A DNA stretch of 64,000 nt from a virus. The position numbers were made by a program, and so were the translations under genes. The stretch is taken from IMG/VR virus record IMGVR_UViG_3300006310_000001; one strand, 5' to 3'. The notes below the pieces were generated by a model that worked only from the letters and a program-made list of their open reading frames with translations, did not search any database and was not told where the DNA came from. Numbering within the stretch: the stretch's first letter is position 1; every line of letters begins with the position of its first letter. Shown here piece by piece: positions 28,122-37,628 of the stretch.

Positions 28122-28451
28122 ATGAGTTTCTGGACACTAATTACATACACCAGACCAAATACTGATACGGAGTGGTATCAAGTTAATGATGAAGCAAAAG
28201 CATATATAGAAAGCTTAAAAGCAGATGATGGAGCTAATCCATCTATTATATCTTACGAAAAGCTTGAGTCAAATGATGGTTTAAAGCAATATTATAAATT
28301 AAATTACAAAGATGGAGCAACTGCCGATTTATTACAAGAAAGTGATATAGGAGTTGCTAATGAAACTGCTAGAGAAAACTATTGCTCAAGTAATAATATA
28401 GTATTTACTGAGGAACTAGTTGGTGAAACTGAACCTTCAGTTACGCTTTAA
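28122..28451 (+). CDS. Small acidic hypothetical protein (109 aa)
   Basis: Start moved to ATG 28122 after AAGGAG; MSFWTLITYTRPNTDTEWY...; own late promoter. Confidence 0.7.
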   Translation: MSFWTLITYTRPNTDTEWYQVNDEAKAYIESLKADDGANPSIISYEKLESNDGLKQYYKLNYKDGATADLLQESDIGVANETARENYCSSNNIVFTEELVGETEPSVTL

Positions 28452-29015
28452 TTCACGGTAAGGTAAATTAAAATTTTTATAACCATCAACGTCTAAAATT
28501 GCAACATTTTGCCAGCAAAAAATATCGTTTGGATTTTCATCAACATTTTGATTACAGGTAAAGTACATTTTAGGCAACAGCACTAATTTGTGTTTGTGAT
28601 TAATATTCCACCTCTTTATCATCTTTTTCATAGCAGCTCTTCTTTTAATACCAGCTATTGAAAAGAAAGGTATCAAGTTTTTTTCTAACGCTATTTTTAT
28701 ATGTAAAGGTAATAAATGAGTTGTAGCAATTCCACCTGTTTGATAAGAATTCAATGTATTACTTCTTACCTTTTTAAAATAATAACATCTATCTAATACT
28801 CTTACAAAATTAGAAGGCCAAAATTTACTTTGAAACATTCCTGCCATTGCAATAACTTCATTTTCATATTCTACAATATGATAATTTAAATAATTTGATA
28901 GTCTTCTATCAAAATTGTGAAAATTATGATAAGAGTCTTTTACTGCTTTAGATGATAATTTAGATAATGTATCTTTATCATTTAAAACATTTTTTATATT
29001 AATATCCGCCTTCAT
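28437..29015 (-). CDS. Putative GNAT-like acyltransferase
   Basis: YHIVEYENEVIAMAG...RVLDRCYY pattern suggests a GNAT fold; weak. Confidence 0.4.
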   Translation of the reverse strand: MKADINIKNVLNDKDTLSKLSSKAVKDSYHNFHNFDRRLSNYLNYHIVEYENEVIAMAGMFQSKFWPSNFVRVLDRCYYFKKVRSNTLNSYQTGGIATTHLLPLHIKIALEKNLIPFFSIAGIKRRAAMKKMIKRWNINHKHKLVLLPKMYFTCNQNVDENPNDIFCWQNVAILDVDGYKNFNLPYRELKRN

Positions 29016-29928
29016 TTGCTACCACGTGTTCAAAGAAAGGTGCAACTTTAAAATCAGGTGTTAATCTACCTCTTCTAGTTTGACCTGCAAAAGGTATTTT
29101 ACCGCCATTGCCTTTCCAATTTGCTATTTTAAACCATATACCACTTTTATGTAATAGTTTACCTTCTTGTTCTTTTTTTAATGGAAAAATAAAACTATCT
29201 ATTTCTGGTTCGGTGTTTTGATAGATAGGTTTGTTTCGCCACGATTCAATATAATCTACGCTAAGACCAGTTTGTTTACTTGCCAACCCTATCAAATCAT
29301 CCATAGTATAATTTCCACTTTCATTATCATACATACTTCTACCAAGATTGCCTACATTTTTTATTCTAGCCATTACATTTTTAACTTCTAATCTTTCAAA
29401 CATAGATAATAGTCTACTTATTACATCATCATTAATACCTTTTACAATAATTGTTCCTGTGTCAATAAGAAATTTATTATTTTTTAAATTTTCAAGAGCT
29501 TTTACTTTTTTAGTAGCACATCTTAACTCATCTATTTTCTCATACCAATCATCATTATCAGCACCATTCATACTAATATAACAATGTGTTAAACCGTGTT
29601 GTTTTAAAGTTTTTACATATGAGTCATTTGCTAATCTTAAACCGTTTGTAATTAAAGTACACCTATGACCAGTTTTTTTAATAAGAGTTATCATTTCTGG
29701 TAAATCTTTACGCATAGTTGGTTCTGCACCAATAATTCGTATCATTGTTTTTTTAGGAAACTTTTTAATTGCCTCTAACATTTTGTTAATATCCATATCA
29801 GGTATTTCTCTATTTGGAATATAACAATTCTTACAATTCATATTACATCTATGTGTAACATCAATTACAACATCTTGAAAAATGTTATTTTCAGGTTCTA
29901 GCTCGTAATAATTTGGTATTGTTTTCAT
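28999..29928 (-). CDS. Radical SAM enzyme (MoaA/NifB/PqqE-like core, no SPASM domain)
   Basis: CNMNCKNC (CxxxCxxC), IIGAEPT, ITNG. Confidence 0.9.
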   Translation of the reverse strand: MKTIPNYYELEPENNIFQDVVIDVTHRCNMNCKNCYIPNREIPDMDINKMLEAIKKFPKKTMIRIIGAEPTMRKDLPEMITLIKKTGHRCTLITNGLRLANDSYVKTLKQHGLTHCYISMNGADNDDWYEKIDELRCATKKVKALENLKNNKFLIDTGTIIVKGINDDVISRLLSMFERLEVKNVMARIKNVGNLGRSMYDNESGNYTMDDLIGLASKQTGLSVDYIESWRNKPIYQNTEPEIDSFIFPLKKEQEGKLLHKSGIWFKIANWKGNGGKIPFAGQTRRGRLTPDFKVAPFFEHVVANEGGY

Positions 29929-30436
29929 TAATCTCCATTTTTCCTAACAATGCAATTCTTTTATCTTTGTTAATATTGTATACCGAATGGTGATAAGCGG
30001 AGTTAATAAACCAAACCTCTCCTTCACGCATTATAATTTTATTTTTTTTTGAAATAAATTCGTGTTCGCCTTTTAACATAACAATTAATCTATAATAATA
30101 AGGGTTATCTAAATGTTCAGGTATATTTGATTTTTTTTCTAATTCTGCATATCTCCAATCAGATTTATCTATAAAATTTTTTAAGCATTCTATATCAATA
30201 TTAAAGTAATCTATATGCCTTTGATTATAAGTTTTTCCTGCTGGTGTTAAATAATTATGTTCTACACCATACACACCCTTTCTATTATTAATAGCACGTT
30301 CATTACTTATAGGTGTTTTATCAACATCTTTTAATAGAGATAATCTTTTACTTTCTTCAATATTACCAAGATTAATAACTTCAGGAAGTTTTTTTAATCT
30401 AGCGTATTGGCGAAGAGTTTTTATATCTGTTTTCAT
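29891..30436 (-). CDS. Asp/Asn beta-hydroxylase-like Fe(II)/2OG cupin
   Basis: HLD...RLIVML...GEVWFINSAYHHSVYN...RIAL. Confidence 0.7.
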   Translation of the reverse strand: MKTDIKTLRQYARLKKLPEVINLGNIEESKRLSLLKDVDKTPISNERAINNRKGVYGVEHNYLTPAGKTYNQRHIDYFNIDIECLKNFIDKSDWRYAELEKKSNIPEHLDNPYYYRLIVMLKGEHEFISKKNKIIMREGEVWFINSAYHHSVYNINKDKRIALLGKMEINENNTKLLRART

Positions 30437-30981
30437 ATAAACAATTCTCCCTTTTGGTCTAATTCTGCCAATTTTTCTATTGAATCATAAAAACATATTT
30501 GAAAAGTATATCTTGCTTTTTCACTTTTATTATCAACACTATGATTATTTCTAGTTGTAATGATTAAAGGTTTCTCTTTATAATATACAGCTTCATTAAA
30601 AGTTTCATCTTCATTATAATATTTTATGGGAGAAAAATCTTTTAATTCTGGATATAATGCCCAAGTAATACAAGACGTTCTTCCAAGGTGGTCATCTTTA
30701 TGAATACCATAGTTATTGTTACCTATTCCAGTTCCATCATTTGGAGCAAACTTCATAAAAACTGCTATAAAAAAATTCAATTTAGGGTTGGTCTTATTAA
30801 TCATTTTTTTAACCAAACCTACTATAGGAACAGCTCCTTTGTATGTACTAACAACTTGTATTCCTGTAGGTGTTCCTTTATAAGTTTTATAATTTTCATA
30901 ATTATAACTCATTGCTTCAGACAAAAGTTGCTTTCTTTCATCAATACTTATTATATCATTTATACATTGGTATGAGTTCAT
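30433..30981 (-). CDS. Putative Fe(II)/2OG oxygenase-like cupin
   Basis: HKD...HSVDN...RYTFQI facial-triad pattern. Confidence 0.55.
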   Translation of the reverse strand: MNSYQCINDIISIDERKQLLSEAMSYNYENYKTYKGTPTGIQVVSTYKGAVPIVGLVKKMINKTNPKLNFFIAVFMKFAPNDGTGIGNNNYGIHKDDHLGRTSCITWALYPELKDFSPIKYYNEDETFNEAVYYKEKPLIITTRNNHSVDNKSEKARYTFQICFYDSIEKLAELDQKGELFI

Positions 30982-31602
30982 TTAACTACTCATCATATTA
31001 TGTAATATTAAATCAGTAGATTTTTCTGTTAAGATAGTATTTGCTACTATAAACATTGATTCTTGTTTACTTGTAAATACTATATGTTCTTTAGCAGTAT
31101 TTAAAAAATATAATCTTCCGTATTCAAAATTCAAAACTTTATTATCTAAAATAAAATAATTATATGGTGGATTACAATTATAGATTGGAACAAATAATCT
31201 ACACGTTGGTAATTCTCTATCAAAATGGTCTCTATGAGATGGAAATTGTCCACCCGCTGACATCTTAATAATATGAGTTCTTCCTAAATGATTTTTAAAT
31301 TTTGATAATACTGATTCAACATAAGGCCAAAAGGGGGTTAGAGTTTTAAAATCTGGTTCATTAAGTTTTAAATTATTTTCTCTATTATATTCTTTTATTG
31401 AATCCAAATCTGGTATGCCAGAAAAATTACCATCCAAACTAGTAATACTTAAACCATACCTAGCAATCTTTTTTCTAGGATTATATTGAACCCATTTATC
31501 ATCAAATAATTTTAAACCTTCCTCAAATATTTTATACTTTAAATTACAATTCAAAGGAATAAGGTCGCCATATCTTGCTATTGTGTCATATAAGTAACTC
31601 AT
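30982..31602 (-). CDS. Asp/Asn beta-hydroxylase-like Fe(II)/2OG cupin
   Basis: FPSHRD...RLFVPI...GRLYFLNTAKEH. Confidence 0.7.
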   Translation of the reverse strand: MSYLYDTIARYGDLIPLNCNLKYKIFEEGLKLFDDKWVQYNPRKKIARYGLSITSLDGNFSGIPDLDSIKEYNRENNLKLNEPDFKTLTPFWPYVESVLSKFKNHLGRTHIIKMSAGGQFPSHRDHFDRELPTCRLFVPIYNCNPPYNYFILDNKVLNFEYGRLYFLNTAKEHIVFTSKQESMFIVANTILTEKSTDLILHNMMSS

Positions 31603-31604
31603 AT

Positions 31605-32357
31605 TTAATTCGTTCTCCTATTATCTTCAATATATTTCTTTACTTCATATTGAGGTTCCCAACCATAACTTGTCATTGCGTCTATGTTTGCTTTGTTGTC
31701 AAGTCTTTCAGTATCACCACCAACTCTTTTTTCAGGAGTAATTCCAAAGTAGTCCATCATATCAGTTAACTTATTTGTAATACCTGTTCCTATATCTATT
31801 GCACCTGTCTTTTCAGGAAATGCTGTAATTGATTTTTGTCTTAATATAGATTCAATCGCTGAACAAATATCATACACGTGTATAAAATCTCTACTATGAT
31901 TTGTATTAACATATGGCACATCATTTTTTAAAATTTTTGGTATCAACATAGTATCTCTTGCACCTGGTCCATATACAGTAGTAAATCTCATACCTAAACT
32001 ATTTGCAGGAGCAATTTGTTCCATACTATACTTACTCATTGCATAAGGATTTCTCCAGGGTTCATATGCAGTACTTGAACTTGCATACAAAATTCTTGTA
32101 TCTTTAAAATAGTCAAATATTCTTTGACTTACGATAACGTTTTGTTTCCAATAGTCTGTAGGATTTTCAAAACTTTGTCTGACACCAGATAGACCTGCCA
32201 GATGTACAACACAATCAACATCATATTTTAAATCACAGGTAAGTAATTCTTTACCTGTATTACGGTCTAAACCAATTACATCAAAATGTTTTTCTGATAA
32301 CCATACTGAAAGATTTTTACCAATAAATCCATCACTACCTGTTAATAATATCTTCAT
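31605..32357 (-). CDS. NAD-dependent epimerase/dehydratase (extended SDR)
   Basis: ILLTGSDGFIG, VVHLAG, YASSS, YAMSK (YxxxK), RFTTVYGP, RDFIHV.D. Confidence 0.9.
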   Translation of the reverse strand: MKILLTGSDGFIGKNLSVWLSEKHFDVIGLDRNTGKELLTCDLKYDVDCVVHLAGLSGVRQSFENPTDYWKQNVIVSQRIFDYFKDTRILYASSSTAYEPWRNPYAMSKYSMEQIAPANSLGMRFTTVYGPGARDTMLIPKILKNDVPYVNTNHSRDFIHVYDICSAIESILRQKSITAFPEKTGAIDIGTGITNKLTDMMDYFGITPEKRVGGDTERLDNKANIDAMTSYGWEPQYEVKKYIEDNRRTN

Positions 32358-32920
32358 AATCCTATCACCATATATCTTTCATACTTATCCAATTTTAAAG
32401 TGCCCCTATATAATACCTTTTCTAATTTTAAACTCTTCTCAAATTCTACTACACTATTATGACAATTAATATGCTCGTCAATTGAAAAATAATTATTTGA
32501 TTGAAATATAACTAACGATCCTTTCTTTCTTCTCTTTAAAAAATCATCTATTAAATGTTGACCAAGATGTTCGCAAGAAGTACATATAACTATATTAAAT
32601 CTTTTAATATCATAATACTTTACATCTGCTTCTGTAAATGTAATATCTTTATAAAGTCTTTGCCCAATCTTTTTACACATTAGGTCTTTATCAAAGGAAA
32701 CAATCTCTCCTTTAGTATATTCTTTTAGCTTATTTGCTAAATGCCCATACCAACCTGCCGCTATAACTACAGAAGGAGAATTAAAAAAGCTAAAGTATTT
32801 CGTTGACTTCTCTATAAGCCAATCTTTACTTTTCTCTTGATTTTCGTTTAGTGAATTTATAATAGACTTGACCAGTCTATCCGTGGTCACTCCATCAATC
32901 ACTTTTAATATAGTATCCAT
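32354..32920 (-). CDS. Putative class I SAM-dependent methyltransferase
   Basis: VVIAAGWYG (motif I-like), SFDKD, IVICTSCEH. Confidence 0.55.
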   Translation of the reverse strand: MDTILKVIDGVTTDRLVKSIINSLNENQEKSKDWLIEKSTKYFSFFNSPSVVIAAGWYGHLANKLKEYTKGEIVSFDKDLMCKKIGQRLYKDITFTEADVKYYDIKRFNIVICTSCEHLGQHLIDDFLKRRKKGSLVIFQSNNYFSIDEHINCHNSVVEFEKSLKLEKVLYRGTLKLDKYERYMVIGL

Positions 32921-32944
32921 AATCTTTAATAAATAGTCTAGTAT

Positions 32945-32952
32945 TATTTATA
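32945..32952 (-). promoter_or_regulatory. T4-type late promoter driving the leftward arm of the modification island
   Basis: Exact TATAAATA on minus strand. A near-match AATAAATA on plus at 32928-32935 may drive the rightward arm. Confidence 0.65.
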
Positions 32953-33830
32953 TGAGTATGAAAAGAGCAATTTACAGTATCTACATTGATGTGCCAGCGA
33001 AAGAGCATTATGGTAAATCAAAGCATAGAAAAGACACAGCAGAAAAGGCAATCATAACCGTTAATGCATTTAAAAAGCACTATAAAAGGTTAATTGAATC
33101 CAAACGCAACTATGCTGACACCATAGGTGCAACTTTTATTATGTTTGAATATGATAAACGTTATCAAACCTTTGAAAAAAATCTACGTAAAGACTTTCCA
33201 GAATTAACAGGTTATGAAATTGTAAATTTTTACAAGATACATTTACTATATGAACTAGCAAAAAAATATGATGAAATTTTATATTTAGATTTTGATGCTG
33301 TACCTGTAACCAAAGATTCCTTTTTTGATATATGGGATATACAAAATCATATTGCTGTTTATAATAACAATACTATGATTAATAAAATGATGATGAGTAT
33401 AGATGAAATTAAACACGGCATTAGAAGTCCAACAGCAAAGTATTTTAATTGTCAAGCAATGCTTATAGAGAAAGGACTTGATCCTAAAAATGATGTTATC
33501 AATACTGGTATCATTGGTGCTTCAAAAGAACAAATTTTAAAATTAGATTTCTTTGGTGATTTTAAAGATACAATAGATTTAATGACAAAATTAAGAAATG
33601 ATAAAGATGGTATGTATCCACAAAATATTATTGATATGTTTAGATATGATAATGAAACAATCTTTTCATATAAAGTAAATATAAATAAAATTGGTATACA
33701 ATGGTTAGATAGAAGGTGGCATTACTTCTTTGATAGTCAACATTTTATACCAAAAGAAACAAAAATAGTACACGCTGTCTGCAAAGACTTTGACGCCGTA
33801 TGGAGATATGATGAAAAATATAATCTATAG
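32952..33830 (+). CDS. GT-A fold glycosyltransferase (GT8/galactosyltransferase-like)
   Basis: FYKIHL, ILYLDFD (DxD), INTGII, DNETIF, WH, IVH. Confidence 0.75.
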   Translation: MSMKRAIYSIYIDVPAKEHYGKSKHRKDTAEKAIITVNAFKKHYKRLIESKRNYADTIGATFIMFEYDKRYQTFEKNLRKDFPELTGYEIVNFYKIHLLYELAKKYDEILYLDFDAVPVTKDSFFDIWDIQNHIAVYNNNTMINKMMMSIDEIKHGIRSPTAKYFNCQAMLIEKGLDPKNDVINTGIIGASKEQILKLDFFGDFKDTIDLMTKLRNDKDGMYPQNIIDMFRYDNETIFSYKVNINKIGIQWLDRRWHYFFDSQHFIPKETKIVHAVCKDFDAVWRYDEKYNL

Positions 33831-34668
33831 TATATACATAGAAAATAATGAACCTAATTTAAGTGAAAAACATCAATTCACTAAAATACAATTAGCAAAA
33901 CACTATCAAAAATTAATAGATGTTAAGAAAGAATATGCTAAGCATTGTAATGCTGAATATAGACTTTATGAAAACGACACCTATTGGCAAAAATTTAAAA
34001 AGAAATTTAGTGGTTATCAATTTGATATAATCAATCTATACAAGATACATATATGGGAAAAACTAGGTGAAGAATTTGACAATGTTCTTTATTTTGATTT
34101 TGATGTAGTACCAAATACAACTGAATCCTTTTTTGAAAAGTTTGATATGAATAAGATATGTGTTCACGCTCCCAATGCAACTAAAGAAAATATATGGAGT
34201 ACAAGCGCATTAAAACGTTATAAGAAACAAATAAACACATATGAGGAAATAGTTAGCAATTTTGATGGATATAGTATGTACGTTAAAGCTATTGCTAAAA
34301 AATCAATGTTAGCATTAGATAACAATTTTGATACGGATTATTTAATAGCAAATACAGCTATATTAGGTGGCAATTCAAATGCTATAAAACAATTAAAATA
34401 TACAGAAAAATTAGATGAACTTTTAGATGTTTTATATACAGCAAAAAAAGAAAAACTATTTGGAGAAGAAATATCAAAACAATTTTTTCCTAACAATGAA
34501 GTCTTTTTCCATTATCTATTAGACAAGTATAATATAAATTGGTATAATATACCTAAAGAATGGCACACTTATGTAATGCCAGAAGATGAACACACTAAAG
34601 AATTAAAATCTGCTAAACTAATACATTTAATTAGTAAGAAATTTGAAAAGTTATGGGAGATAATATAA
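33790..34668 (+). CDS. GT-A fold glycosyltransferase, paralogue of the upstream gene
   Basis: LYKIHI, VLYFDFD (DxD), ANTAIL, NNEVFF, WH, LIH. Confidence 0.75.
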   Translation: MTPYGDMMKNIIYSIYIENNEPNLSEKHQFTKIQLAKHYQKLIDVKKEYAKHCNAEYRLYENDTYWQKFKKKFSGYQFDIINLYKIHIWEKLGEEFDNVLYFDFDVVPNTTESFFEKFDMNKICVHAPNATKENIWSTSALKRYKKQINTYEEIVSNFDGYSMYVKAIAKKSMLALDNNFDTDYLIANTAILGGNSNAIKQLKYTEKLDELLDVLYTAKKEKLFGEEISKQFFPNNEVFFHYLLDKYNINWYNIPKEWHTYVMPEDEHTKELKSAKLIHLISKKFEKLWEII

Positions 34669-35789
34669 TGTGGATATTTCCTATTGATTTAAAACTTGAT
34701 ATTACAACTAGATGTAATGCTGGATGTCCTCAATGTCATAGAACAAACTTAACTGGATTAAAAGCACACGAATGGTTACCAGATATTGTATGGTCTTTAG
34801 ACCAATTTAAAAGAGCTTTTCCTGTACAAGTTGCTAAACACATTTATAATTATAATATTTGTGGTACGTGGGGAGACCCTTTAACAAATAATGACTTACT
34901 AGATATAGCAAGATATATTAGACAAGTAAATCCAGAAGCACATATTTCTATTAATACAAATGGTTCATTAAGAAATGAAGATTGGTGGTGGGAGTTTGGA
35001 TCAATAGGAGGTAAAAACCTACACGTTGTTTTTGCTGTTGAAGGCACCACACAAAAAATGCACGAAAGATATAGACAGTTTACTTTTTTGGATAAAATTT
35101 TAAAAAATATGGAGATGTTATCTAACACTCCAGCAAGAATACGAGTTGATACTTTAGTATGGAAACATAATGAAAATCATTTAGATGAAATTGAAAAATT
35201 AGTTATGGATCACGGAGCAACCAAACACAACAGAATTTTAACTGACCGTTGGGAAGGTCGTAATGAAATGACTTTTTTTACTGGAAAAGAAACTGCAAGT
35301 TTAGAAAAAGCTGGTGTTGATTTTTCAAAAGAAGAAGAGACCTATAACAAACGTGAAGCAGATTGTTTTACAGATGATGAAGGTAGAGAAAAAAAAGTTG
35401 GTGACTTTACTAAACAAACAACAAAATTAACAGTACTAGATAGTAAAATGGTTAAAAAAATAAGAAAAGAAAAAAAAGAAATAATAGATATAACTTGCAA
35501 ATGGCAAAAAGCAAATAAACTTGAAATTGAATCAAGTGGTCAAGTTTTACCTTGCTGTTATTTCTCTAATCCTTATTTTTTAGATGAACACAATCCTTCT
35601 AAAGAAAGTGATTTTATGAAACATCCAGTTATGAAAGAATATGAAAAATATAAAAAAGAACTTAATATTTTTACTTCTAGTTTACTAGATATAATAAATC
35701 ATAAATGGTATACAGAAACATTACCTAATAGTTGGAATGATGTTAATGCTGTATGGCAATGCCAAAGACATTGTGGAAAGTGTAAATGA
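34653..35789 (+). CDS. Radical SAM enzyme with SPASM/twitch-like C-terminal domain
   Basis: CNAGCPQC, CGTWGDP, NTNG; C-terminal CKW...GQVLPCCY...CQRHC. Confidence 0.9.
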   Translation: MGDNIMWIFPIDLKLDITTRCNAGCPQCHRTNLTGLKAHEWLPDIVWSLDQFKRAFPVQVAKHIYNYNICGTWGDPLTNNDLLDIARYIRQVNPEAHISINTNGSLRNEDWWWEFGSIGGKNLHVVFAVEGTTQKMHERYRQFTFLDKILKNMEMLSNTPARIRVDTLVWKHNENHLDEIEKLVMDHGATKHNRILTDRWEGRNEMTFFTGKETASLEKAGVDFSKEEETYNKREADCFTDDEGREKKVGDFTKQTTKLTVLDSKMVKKIRKEKKEIIDITCKWQKANKLEIESSGQVLPCCYFSNPYFLDEHNPSKESDFMKHPVMKEYEKYKKELNIFTSSLLDIINHKWYTETLPNSWNDVNAVWQCQRHCGKCK

Positions 35790-36556
35790 TATACGATTTC
35801 TCAAATAGAAAAATTAATATAGACTCTAGTCATAAGTGTCCTTTAGAGTGTCCTAAATGTCAAAGACAAGCAATAAGAAGAACTGGACATCCAGTACCTG
35901 GACAAGATATGCCGTGGGATGATTTTATAAAAATTGCTAATTACTTTGAAAAGGGACTACTTTTTTGTGGTCAAATATCAGACCCTACTGCTAATCCTTT
36001 ATTGATTAATATGTTAAAATATTGTTACAAAAAAAATATTCCAGTAACGATTAATACAGCATCCACACACAAACCTGTAAAATGGTATGAAAAGGCATTT
36101 GAAGCAAACCCTAAAGGAGTTTGGTTGTTTGGTATTGATGGTCTACCTAAAGATAGTCACAAATATAGAATTCATCAAGATGGTGAAAAATTATTTGAAA
36201 TGGCAAAGTTATGTGCTAAAAAATGTAAAACTTCTGTTTGGCAATATATTGTTTTCAGATATAATGAATATGATATAGAAGAAGCAAGAAGTATGGCAAA
36301 GGCAAACAATATTGAATTTGATTTAGTTTTTTCAGGTCGTTGGCATTACGGTGGTGACAAATATAAACCTAGAAATCCAAATTACTATGTTAACCGTTAT
36401 AATGATGATTTACGAATGTTTAAAAATATAAAAAATAAAGGTTATAAAGATTGGAAAGTAGCATTAGATGAATTAAAAGATGAAAGATTTTTTAAAAATA
36501 CACATAGTCCTAAAAAAACAATTTTATCAACTAGGAAAATAAATGAAAAAGATTAA
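35786..36556 (+). CDS. Radical SAM enzyme lacking its SPASM domain
   Basis: CPLECPKC, CGQISDP, INT, FGIDG, WQYIVFRYNE; paralogous to the upstream rSAM. Confidence 0.88.
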   Translation: MIYDFSNRKINIDSSHKCPLECPKCQRQAIRRTGHPVPGQDMPWDDFIKIANYFEKGLLFCGQISDPTANPLLINMLKYCYKKNIPVTINTASTHKPVKWYEKAFEANPKGVWLFGIDGLPKDSHKYRIHQDGEKLFEMAKLCAKKCKTSVWQYIVFRYNEYDIEEARSMAKANNIEFDLVFSGRWHYGGDKYKPRNPNYYVNRYNDDLRMFKNIKNKGYKDWKVALDELKDERFFKNTHSPKKTILSTRKINEKD

Positions 36557-37628
36557 TCCAAAATGTTTATCGTTTAAAGAACTTTCTTATACAGCAACTG
36601 GTTATATAATGCCTTGTTGTTGGGTAGACACTCCTATAGCTTTAATAGAACCTCAAATAGCAAGATTAAGACAAAAACATTTAAAACTTGCAAATAACGA
36701 AAAGATAGAAGATATTATTAATAGTAAAGAATGGAAAAACTTTTTTGAAGAATTAAAAACTAATCCAGCTACACTTTGCCAAAGATTTTGTAGTGTACCT
36801 TTACATCATAGTGCTAATAGAGCAAGAGAAAACCCACACGACAAATACGCACTTACAGAAGATAGAAAAACTAATATTAAAATATGTTGTGTTTATTTTG
36901 AAGGAAAATATTCACCTGATTATGTTGAAAAACTTTATAATGGATTAAAAAAATATTGTTTCCTACCATTTGAATTTATTTGTTATAGCGATAATCCAAA
37001 TGTTAAAGCAGATAAAGTTATTCCTTTACCAAAAGATAGTAAAATAAAACGCCATTGGCATAAATTATCTTTCTTTAATCCAGAATTTATGGAACAAAAT
37101 CCTAGAGATGAAATTATTATTATGGATATTGACCAGATTATTGTAAATAATATGGATGATTTAATAGGTTGGCCTGTAGTAGATAATGAATTAGTATCTT
37201 ATGACAAATGGTGGGGATTACCAAAACCAAAAGTTCAAGGCGGTTTCTTTAAATTTAAATCTGGACAATGTAAAGTTATATGGGATACTTTTATAAAAGA
37301 TCCAGAAAAATGGCAACTACATTATTATAATACAGGACAAGTACATTACAAATATTTTGGTGAACAAAACTTTGTTGAAGATATAGCAACTAAAAATGAT
37401 ATAATAATATCTTTAGTTAAAGGTAAATGGATTGGTAAATATACTTTAGATAAAGAACAAAATTTAGAAAATAATGTAGAGTATTGTAAAAGATTTGAAG
37501 AAGATTATATGATATTAGATAAACCACATCCTAATATAAAAATAGTACACTTTGCTGGACCCGAAACTGATATACACTCTTGTAAAGAAGAATGGATTAA
37601 ATCTTATTGGTATCTTCCCAAAGTTTAA
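36543..37628 (+). CDS. Fusion of a SPASM-like Fe-S domain (N) and a GT-A glycosyltransferase (C)
   Basis: N-terminal KC...GYIMPCCW...CQRFC; C-terminal ICCVYF, IMDIDQ (DxD), GEQNF, IVHFAG. Confidence 0.75.
   Translation: MKKINPKCLSFKELSYTATGYIMPCCWVDTPIALIEPQIARLRQKHLKLANNEKIEDIINSKEWKNFFEELKTNPATLCQRFCSVPLHHSANRARENPHDKYALTEDRKTNIKICCVYFEGKYSPDYVEKLYNGLKKYCFLPFEFICYSDNPNVKADKVIPLPKDSKIKRHWHKLSFFNPEFMEQNPRDEIIIMDIDQIIVNNMDDLIGWPVVDNELVSYDKWWGLPKPKVQGGFFKFKSGQCKVIWDTFIKDPEKWQLHYYNTGQVHYKYFGEQNFVEDIATKNDIIISLVKGKWIGKYTLDKEQNLENNVEYCKRFEEDYMILDKPHPNIKIVHFAGPETDIHSCKEEWIKSYWYLPKV

Noticed and set aside
28437-37628. The island as a RiPP cluster or a DNA hypermodification system
   Set aside because: No clear precursor peptide, RRE, protease or exporter, and no nucleotide kinase, thymidylate synthase-like or DNA-transferase genes. 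Not excluded, but less supported than virion or glycan modification.
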